NCBI RefSeq assembly: GCF_006345805.1
Contig: NC_042998.1
Span: forward strand, 109,554,001 to 109,618,000
Length of the DNA stretch: 64,000 bases
Source of the DNA: Octopus sinensis
Taxonomy: Eukaryota
Direction: 5' to 3'
Below are positions 1-14,600 of this stretch, one piece after another. Both the position numbers and the translations under genes were made by a program. The stretch's first letter is position 1. The number at the start of each line of letters is the position of its first letter. Under the pieces are notes generated by a model. It worked only from the letters and a program-made list of their open reading frames with translations, was not told the DNA's origin and ran no database searches.

Positions 1-363
1 GATACATAAACTGCATTTGCAGAAGACATAATTAGTAAACTAATTTTACAAATATCTGTAATGACACAGGTAAGTGAAACAGTGTCCTTTATATGCAACA
101 GGGCATTTTTAACTCTAAAACGCACCCATACATATGCCATGTAAACACACCCAGTACACTGTAAAGTTGCTGGCATCCAGCTGTAGAAACCATGCCAAAA
201 CAGACATGAAGCCTGGGCAGCTCTTCAGCTGGTCAGCTCCTGTCAAACCATCCAACTCATGCCAGCATGGAAAATGGATGTTAAATGATGACTGATGACA
301 CTGTTTATTGTTTTAATATGTGATTCTTTTGACATTTTAAAAAAAGCAAATAATAACACTTAC

Positions 364-485
364 AAATTTGGCCAGCTATTTTTTCTCCAGATTGTTCCTT
401 AGAAGCACCAGTTAGAGCAGGAGCATAGGATACAATATCTTGTAAAATCTCCTGTGTTGACATGGAACAATCCTTCAAATGTTGA
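364..485 (-). CDS. ZFC3H1: ZFC3H1 exon 16 (122 nt, phase 2 to 1)
   Basis: ttttcaag|(S)QHLKDCSMSTQEILQDIVSYAPAL...AGQI|GTAAGT. Confidence 0.88.
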
Positions 486-3400
486 CTTGAAAAATGAAAA
501 ATACAAAATGGTTAGGAATGCGCTAATATACGAAACTACATGAAACACAGCCAAACAATTGTAACACAAAATCTCAAAATTGTAAATAAATTAACTGCTT
601 CTTTTCCACAAGCATTCCCACTAATTATCTTCTATATCTCCCTCTTTATGTTAGCATCAGAGCACAAATAAGCTAAGAGACAAACTGGAAATAAGAGGAA
701 TTAAGTGTAGTGTACTAGAGAGAAGACTACACTAGATATCAGATGTGTAAGGAAGTGAAAATGTCAAACGGATGGAACATATGGAAGGAAGAGGCAAAGA
801 TGACAGGGAAAAGAGGTGAAGATTGATCTCAAGTAGCTGAACCTCATGAAGGTGAAAAATGACTGCAATTTATAGCAAAACGCTATGCTGGAAATCCATC
901 AAATAGACAACATGGAAAAAATAGTAGTAAAAGCAATACTAATGGTTGTGAAAGTTAGGATGTTAAATATCTACATTTGGGTCTCTTGTACACATTAGCT
1001 CATAACACTAGCTCTTTCTTTCATCTGCCACCTATGAAACAGAAAACAATGTCTCATCATGTGAACTAAGTCTGTCCCTATTCATTCCCAGCTACCATAA
1101 TCCATTTCTCTCTCAACCATTGCTCCTTCTCCAATCATTCTATATTACCCAATATTTCATCTATTACCACTCTTTACTGACATCCATCAGGTAGCTGTTA
1201 TTACTCTCCTTCTCTACAATTAATCATTCCTCATATGTGTCTCATATATAAAAGTATTCCTAGTACTTCACATTTTCTTTTCAAGCCTCTCCAAGAAGTC
1301 AATGGAAAGATGCTCTATAGTTTCAACCAACTCACTACACTATTAACCTTTTCACAATATTTTAAATGAAAATACACTGTATTTCAATTATTTGGGGGTG
1401 GGGGGTTGATAATCTGGATGGATATAGTAAAATAATTCAGGTTTTCATTATCAATCTGTTGTTTGAAACAGTTCCTTGCATAAAATTATAATAGTTAAAA
1501 CTTTAAAACAAACACAAATTTGTACAAAAGAAACCAATAGGAACACCAGGCAGGTTAAAACAATAATAATAACATTGAAAGTTGGGAGCAAAGTGAACTT
1601 TCACATTTTGAAAAATTCCCTACCTTTTACACTGTTGGTCATTGCAGGTTCCTTGAAGATCATACTGACAGAGAATATTTTTGCAGTTCAGTTTATGAGA
1701 GAAACTCTGGCTAGAAAGGGACAAATTCTCTTTTGTACGAAGAAAAGGACTGAAACTGTTGGAAAATAAAGAAAAACAAGAGGAATAATTAAAATAGATA
1801 TAAAAAATCAATAGATAAGTCAAACTTAAATACTCATACAAGCAGAGTATTACAACAATATAATTTCTAAGGTTTGAGTTCAAACTGGCTATTTTATTTT
1901 TTCACCTACTCCTACTCTTTGTTTTCATCAGACACTAACTTAGAATGAGCTCTGCCAGATTGATCTAGAATATTTTAGCAACATTTAGGTAAACTGAGTT
2001 AATGTTGGATTAATAAAAAGAAAGCAACTCTATACCAGATATTGATTTAAACTCATGAACAGTGAACAGACACTGCAATGCAACATGCTTGTAACAACCT
2101 TGCTTCTTTGCTGTTATGTCTAACACAGCAATTGGTTGTATACTATCATCCGATCCATTAATTATGTTCATGAAGTTGCAAGCATATGAACCCTGCTACT
2201 CCATTCCTTCAGATTTTCTCGCAAATATTTAGGCATGGTGTCAGCCATATCAATCTCACTAATCTGCTGTTTTAATCTGCAGTAGCCTACTTATCTTCTC
2301 AGTGACACTAAACAACATTCTAGGTTTTACATCTGTTTTACAATACCTATCTCTCAAGCCATATTATCATTATTATTAATGAAACTTTGTCGTAACTATT
2401 TCTTTCATCATAACTAATAACATAAACTAAACAAGAACTGTATAAAAATTCAATTGATTTGGAAGTGAATGTTGACACAAGGTGCTTATCAAGAATTAAA
2501 TTAAGCATTTATGAAACAGATATTTCAATCATTCCCTTTTATAGTTGTCATTTCTAAATTTTCCTCCAATGCATCTTCAGCTTAGACAGTTATTCTTCAT
2601 ATGAGACTGAGAATTATAGGGCAAATACCAAGATTTTACATGTACTACAAACAGATATGACAAATAGATAAATGAATAAGATTATCTGTAAATACTGAAT
2701 TCTAGTGCTATCATAGTTAAATAAATAACAAATGGGGAATATCAACTGTTAAATAAATACTTACCGATATGCTCGAAAATGTAACAAGGGACTTTTATAT
2801 GGCTTATATGATCTTAAAGCTTGGGACATTTTGAGATTATTCAGGGACTGATTATCAGATTTAGGATAAGGAATCTAAAGAAAGAAAACAAAAAGTTGTA
2901 AAAAAATATGTTATAGTATTTATTTATATATATAGATCAATGGTTTTGCATGTGTGTGTATATGTATATATATATATATATATACAAGTGTGTGTGTGTG
3001 TAAGTAATGACTGAATGCCTACCACAGTTGATTTCCAATAGAATAAAATCACATGATATAGGAATTCCAGCACCCATGACAGACAATTCTCGTCTGCTGC
3101 AATCTGTGTGCTTTTATGCACCTAGCACCTATATGTAAACATTTACACAATCCATAATAAAATTAATTCTATTTCATTAGCATATTTTCAACTTTCTAGA
3201 ATGTAAGTCAAGAATGGAACTTATTCACATAATCAATTAAATATCTGAAGCAGTTTAACCCTTTTAATACCAACCCGGCCTTAGCTGGCCCAAAAATTTT
3301 TTGCTTCATAAGACCAACGCAGCTGTAGCTGGCCGAGAGTACCCATTGTTATTTAAATGTGAATTTGAACACAAATCTCGTTAGTACATTCATGAAAACA

Positions 3401-6002
3401 TATGATTTCCTTAGTAAATAGTTGAGTTATAGTATCCGACACTGTTTAACCTTTTCGTTACTATATTTCTGACCAAAATACACCCCTCATGAGTTTCAAT
3501 TAAATTCTAAAATAATCATGAATCTAGACTAGTTTCATTAAGCAACTGTAAGTTTTTTACTTAACATATTAATGTAATATTTGTCAATAGCTTTTTTCTC
3601 AAAGTGACTCTAATTACAGGTAAATCCAGGTAAATTAAGCAAAAGGTAAAAAGTATTTAAGTTTTGTTTAAACATCACCATAGAAAATGAATCATCAGCT
3701 AATATTTAATTGGGTATTCATTTTGATATAAAAGAACTGTGCACATCACTAGATTATCAGTTGAATATAATGCACAACAGAACAGGTGTACCATAAAGGT
3801 GAAATAACTGAAATACTGGAATCCACCTAAATTCACTACAAGTTTGACCAAATTAAAACGGCAAAAAAAAAAAAAAAAGGTCAAAAAATAATATACAGCC
3901 CTAGTTATGTTATGGAAGTGATAAATTCCAGACCACATCATACCCTAGGCCATGCTGACTAACATTATTTTCCCTGTATAAAAACTAAATCCACAGCTGT
4001 ACCCAGTATTTGCTTCACAAATTTTCCAAACTTTGATCCCCCATTTCGTGGGCTTTCCTGGCATGGTTTCAGTTTTGGATGAACATCTCTGCCCCAACAC
4101 TAAAACGTTGCTTATCTTACAGCTTTCAACTGTGCCACTTCACCACAATATATCAAGGCCATTCTTTTCAGTTTTCATATTGGCTTCCATTAAGAATGAC
4201 TGATTTAGATGGTTGACCAAGTAGAAATATGTCATGGTGTACCAGTGCAAGTTACAATGATTTACTGGGCTTTTAATTCACATTTTACCATAAAAGTGAG
4301 AAATCTTATTAGTTTACAAGTTGAGATTTAAGACAGAAGAAAAAGCTTGTCAAAACACATGCACAAAATGGCAGAAAATATTTTAAAGTAAAATTAAATT
4401 AAGCAACTTACAGAATCTGAAGGTGGAGTCAAATGAGAGAAATTTTCCCAAGAAACAGCTTTTGATTGTGCTGGTTCTATTAAATTTTGCATCTTTTCAT
4501 GCTAAAAATTAGAAAATTAAAATAGCAAAATCTAACAAATTTCTAATTCAAGGTTAATATTTAAGACTTTGGAAGAATTGGTTACAAAAAAATATAATTC
4601 AAACAATATTTCTGCTCTTTATATTTTTGTTAAGTCCAGCTACGTTTTAGAAGTAGATTCTTTTTAGAGCAAACTCTGGTTCTTTATTTCTACAGTATCA
4701 AATTGATACTCCAGTATGATAAACAGAATTCAGTTTCTTGGTGGAAGACAGAAACAAAGATACTATAAAACACTTGCATGAATATTCAGTGCAATACCCT
4801 ACTATTTATCAGTTTGTAATGCATATGCAGTTAAAAAAGATGGACAAATATGAATTAAACAAGTGAAACTAGAAAATACGTGTATTGTCATCATCATCTA
4901 GTGCCCATTTTCATGCTGGCATGGGTTATATGGTTTGACTGGAACTGGTAAACCAGAGAGCTGTACCAGGCTTCAGTTCGATTTTGGCTTGGTTTCTACA
5001 GCTGGACAGCCTTCCTAACGCCAACCATTCTAAGAGTGTAGTGGGTGCTTTTTACGTGTCACTGGTACTGTCAATGACTATGATTTCACTTGGCCTAACA
5101 AGCCAGCTCAAGTACAGCAAACCACCGAAGGACTTGATCATTTGATATCGCCTCCGTGGGACCCAACATCTAAAGATCATAGTTCACCACCACCTCATCC
5201 CATGTCTTCCTGGGTCTACCTCTTCCACAGAACAACAAACATCTGGAGACTGACTATACGAATCATTCTTCAAAAGTAATACATTAAATTTTATATGGAA
5301 AAGAAAAACAGTTATTATTGATCTTTAAAACAAGCATTAGATATTTACCAAAATCGTTTTAAGGTTTGCTAGCTGTGAATTTTCAGGCATTTCAAAGTTA
5401 TATTCTGTCTTATCTAATTGCTGAGGGACACGTATATCTGGTTGAATATTTTCTTTGTTCTGGATGATCTCTGGCTTCATTTTGGAGTTAAGTGAAATCA
5501 TTGAACGTCGTCGAGAATCTATTTTCTCAGCAATTTGTTGAGAGGCTGCCTCAGCTTCCTCAGTACAGTCTAATGAAATTTTCTCCAGCTGAAGGACTGA
5601 TGATTTGGTAATCTTCTTATTGGCTTGAGTCTGTAGCTTCTGCAACATTAGTGCATACTGTTGCTGCATCTGTTGAAGTTGTTGTCTTTTATGAGGAATA
5701 TCCTCAATTTTTGTTTTAAGCTGCAAAGAGATTATCTTGTGCAATAAGTAGCAACCCAATTTGAAGAATAAACATATTTATTGAATGCCAAATTAGCAAT
5801 ATAGTAAAAATGAGTATCACAACAATGTTTTATTCTTTTCAGTCATTTGACTGTAGCCATGCTAGAACAAATTGACCCCAGGACTTATTCTTTGTCAGCC
5901 TGGTACTTATTCTATTGGTCTCTTTTGCCGAACTGCTGAGTTACGGGGACATTGGTTGTCAAGCAATGGTGGAAGGACACACACAAATATATATAATATA
6001 TA

Positions 6003-6081
<79 letters not shown>

Positions 6082-9000
6082 GGCCTCTTTCAGTTTCTGT
6101 CCATGAAATCCACTCACAAGGCTTTGGTTGGCCCAAGGCCACAAGAGAAGACACTTGCCCAAGGTGCCACACAGTGGGACTGAAACCAGAACTATGTGTT
6201 TGGGGAAACAAGCTTCTTATCACACAGCCAATGATCTTAAACGAGTGTAATTTTTAGAGACTCATATTGTTACACTTATGTAACAGCTTTACAACTGGAA
6301 ATAAACCATTGAAAAAAAATTCTTAAAATGTTTTTGGAATATTAAGAAACCTAAATGTGCATAAAGAATATGCTAATCTAGGTAAGGATTAACATACTAA
6401 ATAAAATATAATTCTTCAGAATACCCAGTGCATATTGAAAGATTTTTAATATCTATACCTACACAACATTTCAATGGGTTATTTTTGAAATAAAGAATCC
6501 CGGTTCAAGTTCATCTGGAGTGATTAGAACATCAAACCTATCAAACAGCCTAGATGTAAATATTATAATACTTTGTCTTTGAAGATGAGATTAATAGTAC
6601 TCAAAAGTATAATTTAACAACACATTTCAGACATTCTAAATTGCTTCTTTAAATTCATTTTCTAATTTAAGAGATACAGTGTTAATGTTATAGCACAGAG
6701 TAGACAAACTGAACTGACTTATGATCATTAGCATTTCAACTGGAACAGCCTTCTTGTTTCCTCTGTGTGCGTGCTTGTGTATGTGTGTCGGTGGGCAGTC
6801 TACATAATACAGTGGCCTTTCAATTTAAAAAGTAATGTATATTTTGAGGGAGATCTACCTTATCTTTAGCAGGTTGATCAATGAAAGGATCCTTAACTGG
6901 TACAAGATATACTTGTGCAGATTGTGTTGGTAATAATTTTAACAAAAACAAAAGGTAATTATTTTAACAGCATTCAGACTTACCTGATTATGTGAAAGAA
7001 GGGGCAATACCCTTTTGTTTCCAGCACTATCAACAGCAATTGTACGGGGTTGGTAGCAGGCACCATAAAGACGTTTCCCAATTTGTAGGAGATTCTTTTC
7101 TAACTGTAATACCGTGGACTCATTATGAGCAAGCTGAATCTTCACAAGTTGTATCTGAAGTAAAAGATCGCAAAAATTAAATGTCAATTATTAAAGAGAT
7201 ATGATTGTTACTCCAGGTCCATTTGTATACAATTGAAGTTTCATGAACTGCATATCTGAATAGAATTCTTCATACAGCTAGATGACAATATTAGGCCAAT
7301 TAGACTAGTCATAAACATAATACCAAGTTCTTTAATACAAAACTATCTCCTTCTAGGCATTCATATTTGAACTGAAACATATCTTTTGTAATAAGAATCT
7401 TACTTTCATTGGTTTTAGTCAATGGACTGCAACTATGCTAGGTCACTTTCTTGAATGGCATTAGTAGATCCAGTACTTCTAGTAATCATTTTATTGACCA
7501 ATAGAGGAAGAAGAGCCAAGTTGCTTTGCGTACAATTTGAGCCAAAAGCAAACTACCAAATAATACAATTCTCTTTGGGAAATATTTTGCAAAACAGCCA
7601 CTTAATAATAAAAAAGTTAGGGTATTTGACAGCTTGTAAGGTGTACAATTTATAAAATACACCTGAACTTTGGTAGGCCCTTCTTCGAAAAACATTTTTA
7701 AAAAATCATTTCCCGCAAATATTCATAGCCTTCTGCACTATCAAACCAATTTAATAATCTAGTTTCCCAAAACAAACATCACTTTTTAAAATTTCTGACA
7801 TATTCAAATGTTTCACACTCAGCAAATGTTCTTGAATCTATTACATTTTTATTTCAAAACTGAATTTGATTACAAGTACAGGTAAAATATGTTATTTTAT
7901 ATCATGTAAAAAGAATACTTTCTGAAAACATTAATAACTCTGGGAAATAGCTTTGTAAGAGAGATACTTGTTAGTACATTTTATGAGACACCGCAGCAAA
8001 TAAACCACCACTTGCTAGTAACGCAAACACTGACCTGGTGTTTATAAAGCAGAGGCCAATTTTCTGGGACACTTTTTACTAAAAAAAACTGGTACACTGT
8101 ATAAGAAAACATATCTAATTTACTTAATTGTATCCTGTTAAATTTTTGATCATTTTCAAATTTGAAACATTCTGACAGTGGGTTTCATAAGAAACATGGG
8201 CTTGAAAAATAATTAAAATATAATGCTAATAAGTATTTCTTTTTGCTTTTTAATCAAAATTGTGCTATTTTCAAAATTTATAGAATGGCAACTACTTTAG
8301 TTTGAAACCTACAGTTTGAGCAACATTGCTTTGTTGAGGGGAAATAATAGCAAGGTTTGAACTTATTGCATTGTGGCCATAATTCTAGTCAACTAACCTT
8401 AAAATTATGTATCTAATTTTCATTTGGTGATTTACTCAGTTACCAAACAAGTATGGCAGAGTTGTGATGTCTAGGTATTACATAATAATACTAACATGCA
8501 TACAATAAATATATAATTTCCATAGCATATAAACTAACAAATTTATCTTAAGATATTAAAACAAGTTTTCTAGTTTGAGAATAAAATCTTTCCAAGGTGT
8601 TACATTACACACTTTCTAAACCTTTAATTTTACAATTTATATGAAGGGAGGGAGACAACATGCAAAGAAAACATTTGTAATTGTGGTCTTGTTTTGAGTT
8701 CCTTAAAGATTTTATTAAAGAAAAAATTAAACCTTAAAATCTTACCTTGTCTTTAATTTTAATATCTTGTTTACGATACATAGCAACCAAATGATCAGAG
8801 TTTTTCAGATTTTTCCTGAAAATCTCACACTTTTTTTCTGTTGATTTGATTTTGGTAAGGACTTTTGATGCTTGGGTTACTAGAGCTTTCAATTCTCTTT
8901 GGTCTTGTAACATTAGTTTTCTGAAACAAATAATACATATTCAGATAAACACGCAAAGATATGCACTGTTTCACCAGAAGAAAATGCAGTTTACAACACT

Positions 9001-11555
9001 AAAATTTCAAAACAGTAAAGAAAAATGAAAAAATTTTTAAAATCTACCTTTGAGCAACATATTTCTCTTCGAGTTCCCGAAAGCCCCTGTCTGCAGTATA
9101 CAAATCTACTTCCTGCTTATTCAGGCTGATATTTTTCTTAATGTTACTAACGTCTTTTGATTCCATACTGTTCTTCTTGGTCTGTAAAAGCAGTTTTCAG
9201 GTATAAAAGAATATTACATATGATCATTGAAAGCAAATAAATTTCTACCAACTTTATACAAATATCAGCTACATTTTTTTTATCAAAGTCTATTAAGAAT
9301 TTCAGCTATTTGGCTGATCAAAGCTAATATTTCCATTTCAACAGTAAAAGCTATTTCTACTACACTTCATAAGCAACAATTCTATGTTATACCTAATCAT
9401 TTGTTCAACTATCTCATGACCTCAGCCAGTATTGACTTGAAGCCATATAAAAATGACAATTACTATAATAGAGAAAACAGAATTGCACTACTCCAGTACT
9501 GCTCTCTCCTCATTTTACTCTAGTTATAAACTCTCATTGCCCACCAATCTAAACCTGCTTCAATTACAATCTACCACTAGAGTTGTGAACATAATAAACG
9601 AGTTTACCTATTTACCTGGCACCAATTCAATTCAAATCTCTCACCTTAACAGTAATTATAATTATTGTTTTCATTCATTTGTTTATCTATTTTTGTCACA
9701 AAATTTGGCTTACTACATTCTGTGGGTTATAGTCATGGCTATAGTTAACATTAAGAATGCAAATGTTCAAATGTTCTAAATCTCGAAAATTCCATCTCTT
9801 CATCTTGTTTTTGATCAACCATAATTCTGGAAAATTTTCACTGCTCTCCCTCTGTTTTGTTAACCACTTGCTTTGCCCATGCTGATTCCTTCTAAGGAAT
9901 AGGGCTAACACAGTGCTTGCCATTTGTGGTGTGCCTGTCCATCCCACCGGAAGTTTTTATCCTCTGACCTCTACCAGATGTCTTTCTCCTCAGCACCTCT
10001 AATGGCTTGACAAATGACCAAGACCTTTGGAGATATGTTGTGATAAAGAAGATCCAGCAAGATTGTAGGTGCAGCCTATGCCAGTGTTGCATAACTGGCC
10101 CATTTAAAAGCACCCTTCAACCGTCAGGCAATATGCTGTATATGAGAAGACGTGTTGAGTCAAGCAAAATCGTAGTTGTGGCCGATGCCGGTGCCGCCTG
10201 ACTAGCACTCATGCTAGTGGCATGTAAAAACCACCATTCGAGCATGGTCAATGCCAGTGTTACCTGTCAGGCTCCCGTGCCAGTAGCACATAAAAGCAAC
10301 CACTACACTCTCGGAGTGGTTGGCATTAGGAAGGGCATCTAGCTGTAGAAACCATGCCAGATCAGACTGAAGCCTGGCGCAGCCTCCTGGCTTGCCAATC
10401 GTCAGTCAAACTGCCTAACCCATGCCAGCATGGAAAGCGGCTGTTAAACAATGATGATGATGAAATGCATCTCCAAATCTTCACACACACCCTTCCAGAT
10501 TCGAGGTTGAAGGCAGTGATGTTTCATTTATATCTGACTATTGAAAGGTCAGTGAAAGGCATGGGGAATAAGATACAGTGGGGATGTCAAGAGAAGGGCT
10601 TCGGGGGATTTGGTATGAAACTCGTAAGAGCCCATTTTAGCAATGATAGAAGTTGGGGTGTATGTGTAGTAACATTGATTAGTGAGATTTTAGTATTTAG
10701 TTGGCTGGCCTTCTTTAAATGCATTGTAGCATAGCTGTAGTGTTGTCCTTAAATGGTGAGAGCATATCAGTAAGGGCCTGTTAATGAGAGGAATACGCTT
10801 TGGTGGTGGAAGAGGAAAATTAGTCTTTGAAATGTATTTTTAGCTATATATGTTGAGTACCCAAGAGAGAGAGGAGTGTAAATTTTGAAGGCATAAATAA
10901 GCAGCATATCATCCAAAATTAGAGGATGAAGTACTTGACTGTTTCTTTGATATAAACAAGTGATTGTGTCTGTATTGTTGAAAGAGATAGGATTGTTATG
11001 ACGCCACTGAAGAATATTTTCAAGGTTTCTGTTCACAGAAATAGTTTTAACATGAGATAACAAGATTGTATATAGATGACATTTCTGTACGGTGAGTTAA
11101 AACAAATGAAAGTTGTAATCATCTAAATAGAAATGAGAGTACATTGTTCAAGGTGACAGCAAGCAAAACGAGGTAAATTTAACAAAACTTTGAGGCAATT
11201 AGAGTTAATAAGTTGTAACCAGGGAACTGTCAATATCTATTGTGATAGTGCAATCTGCTAGGAAGATTCCTATTCAAGAAATCAAATTTAAATGATGTTA
11301 AAGGCACTGACACTACTTCTATGGAACTTCTCAGCAGTGTGAAAGCACCAGTTAGAGATACACCAGAACAGATCAGGAAAAGAGTTAATGAGGGTTTCCA
11401 TTAGCTTTCAAACAATAGGCTAATAGCAGGTGATCTCTACACAGTAAGCTGGACAATTCTAAAGTATCAAAGAACAACTTCTACACAATTACAGGGAAAC
11501 AAAAATGGAAAGTGAAGGGGAAAGAGAGGGAGAGGGATGGAGGGCGAGGGAGAGG

Positions 11556-11623
<68 letters not shown>

Positions 11624-14600
11624 AGAAATATTCACCTCAACTGATTTGCGAGCATCTTTAAGAAATTGGTCAATACCAGACAGAATGTTCTGTTTTTGAC
11701 TTTCTGCTTCTGCCTCATGTTCACTATCAGTAGAATCCTCAGCCAAGTTTATTACTACAGAAGGATGCTTCGGAATCTGCAAAGATATTGTAAATTTAAA
11801 CTTCAAAATATTTAATAAATGACAATGGAAAAAGAAATCTCTTTAGACTTTTCTCTTTCCAACAAAGAACCATGCTCGAAACATTAACAATTCTCTCCTT
11901 TCACCAAGCATCAAATTAATATATTGCTCACATTCATTTTTTCCCCTTTTTTTCCTGTTTTTAATTGTTTATTCTTTGAACTGACTAATAAAATAAACCT
12001 TTTTCCAAAGTTTAATGTGGATAACAAACATGCAGGTATGAAAGAAATCATTTCTTTCAAAGTCATACAGAGCATTTGTAGAGGGCATTTTAGGGACAAA
12101 TTAAAACATCTACCTAAAAAACAGAATATATACAAATAATGAACTTATGACCATTTATCTTTCTTTTAGGAGATAATGTCAATACTTTGTATCCACCTAA
12201 TAAAACATATATATTGTACATAACATCACCAGCCACTAGATAATAGAAAACTATAAATTTAAAGATTACATACCTTTGGAGCACAATACGGCTGTTGCTG
12301 AGGAGGCTGTTTCTTATCAGGTAAGTTTGTATCAGTGTTGTGAGGAGACTGACTCCTAGGAGAAAATGGCGATTCTTTCCCTGAAGTATCATCAACCTAT
12401 AAAATATATATACTTGTAACTTCTTTGAAATACATTTATATTGGTAGTTAATCAGATCAATTTGAAACATTCCACCACAAGTACAGATTTAGATCAGCTG
12501 AAGAGAAGATGGATGTAGAAAAATCTATCTAAATGAACCTTGGCTGACCTATGCAAGGATAGAAAAGTAGGTGTTAAAATGATGACATGCAGGTGTATGT
12601 TTGAATCTCATTCATTTCGTTCAACAACTGTTTCCCATGCTAGTATGGCTTATATGGAAGTAACTGCTGAAGTAGGATTTTTACAGCTGGAAACACATCC
12701 CGTCACCAATTCATATTTGTTTTTCAAATAAAAAGATAATATGCATATTGTATTAACTTGCTATTATGATAATAGACATGTCATATAAACTGCTAAATAT
12801 GGGTTCTGAGTGGAATTATTCTATCATTATAGTTGGAGATTTATAGCTTTCTCTATCGTTAAAGTACAAAACACTAAGATTCACTGACGATTTCCAGTCA
12901 TATTCTCTTGCTTGACAAATCCTGAGCAACACCAATATCCACTGGTCACATCAGCCCAGCACTAACTTCGTTTGGTACTTCAATGACCACAGAAGAATGA
13001 AAGACAAAGTTGCACTAAAATTAAGGGACTTGGGAATAAATATAAACACATACACACACCAGTGAACATACACCCATATACCTTTTTAATTTTGACTAAT
13101 CTGTAAATGTTAGCCAAAACAATGTATAATGAAGGGAAGTCAACTTACAATAGCCTTAGGTGGGATCTGAACACTTTCTTTGCGACGTATGGCCATTGAT
13201 TGTAGCAACTGTGCCCGTAGCAGCTTCTCCTCCTCTTCATCTTCTTCATAGTCTGGCTCAGGTGGCTTCTCCGGTGGTTTCTCATCAGGTAGTGGTGGAG
13301 GGGGTGGAAGTGGTGGTACTAGACTGTGAAACATCAACGGTTGTACATTTGGACTTAGAAGTGGATCAAGAGTGTATGGTAGTTGTGATGAGGAATCAAC
13401 ACTAGACACAAGGAGAGAGAGTTCATTGGGCTTAACTTTCTCAGACTTGTCAACAAGAGGTGGAGGTGGTGGCGGCGGTGGTGGAGGTGGCGGCGGAGGC
13501 GGAGGAGGAGGAGGTGGTATTAGAGTCACCCAATTTTTGGGATTGCTTTCAAAGTTCATATCTTGACCATTTCTGTTAGATACTGGCGGCAGTTCAGATA
13601 TAGAACTCTATATGTAAAATAAATAAAATAATGAATAAGAACTGACAAAAATTCAAGTTAGAACAGAAGGCTATATTGGGAATAAATTTACTGCACAAAG
13701 AATAGCAAAAGTAGGCTTTGGTGGTAGAAACAATTATAATTACAGCAACTATAAAGCCAAAAATGGAGTATTTACATGACTGCTCCAGATTGTAGAAATA
13801 GCAACGAAATCTCCCCCTAACCATACATTTTAAATAAGGAAAGGGTACATTAGATAATAAGCAACCAGACAAACACAAAAATATGATAGTTATGGTTAAA
13901 ATGCTTTTGACCATAAGTCTCAATCACAGATGACAGGGGATTAAACAGCAATAATTTTAACATGTAGAAGTAAACTGATGCTGGAACTACCTACTTGCTA
14001 AATTATAGTTTAAGTAGATGAATACCAAAGCACTTACACAATTAACATAATCCTGAAGCACATTCATGAAACAGTGCACAACAAGGCTTGCTCCTTGGAT
14101 TATAGCTACAATTCAATCAACAGGCTTCCACAAAGTTTCTCTCTACTGAATTACATTTACAAGGCTTGGGTCAACCCAAACTTATGACAGAACACACTTG
14201 CCCATGTGATTATAAAGCAAATTTTGTTATCTTTTTTCCATGCCAGCATCCACAAGACAGGCATACAGATGTGCACATACATTAAGTAGCATTAAAACTA
14301 TGTCTAATAATGAGGTTAACTGTTATAGTCATTTAAATTACAGCTCTAAACATGATAGACAACAGGCAAAATAAAGTTAATTTGAAAAATGAGATAATAT
14401 GAAATATACTTACAAGCAACTTATTCTTTTAAATTCTATTTCATTATTGTTGATACTATTGCTTAATAATAGATCAGCTTTCAGCTCTAACTGAGCAGAC
14501 CTATGGTCAAAAATATTCTTGCCATGATGATCATGCCTGTACATATCTGGGATTACACCGACCCAATGTATCCATTTAAGACAGTAGCTGTTGGTTTTTC

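Noticed and set aside
11225-11290. GTVNIYCDSAIC resembling the copia RNase H motif IYCDNQSAI
   Set aside because: The match is too short and the flanking residues do not continue the motif.
14413-14486. Possible extra ZFC3H1 exon (KLKADLLLSNSINNNEIEFKRISC) that would avoid the GC donor
   Set aside because: Its acceptor lies in a dispersed repeat with a poor pyrimidine tract, and it needs a second, weaker acceptor at exon 6. GC-AG is simpler, but this is not fully excluded.
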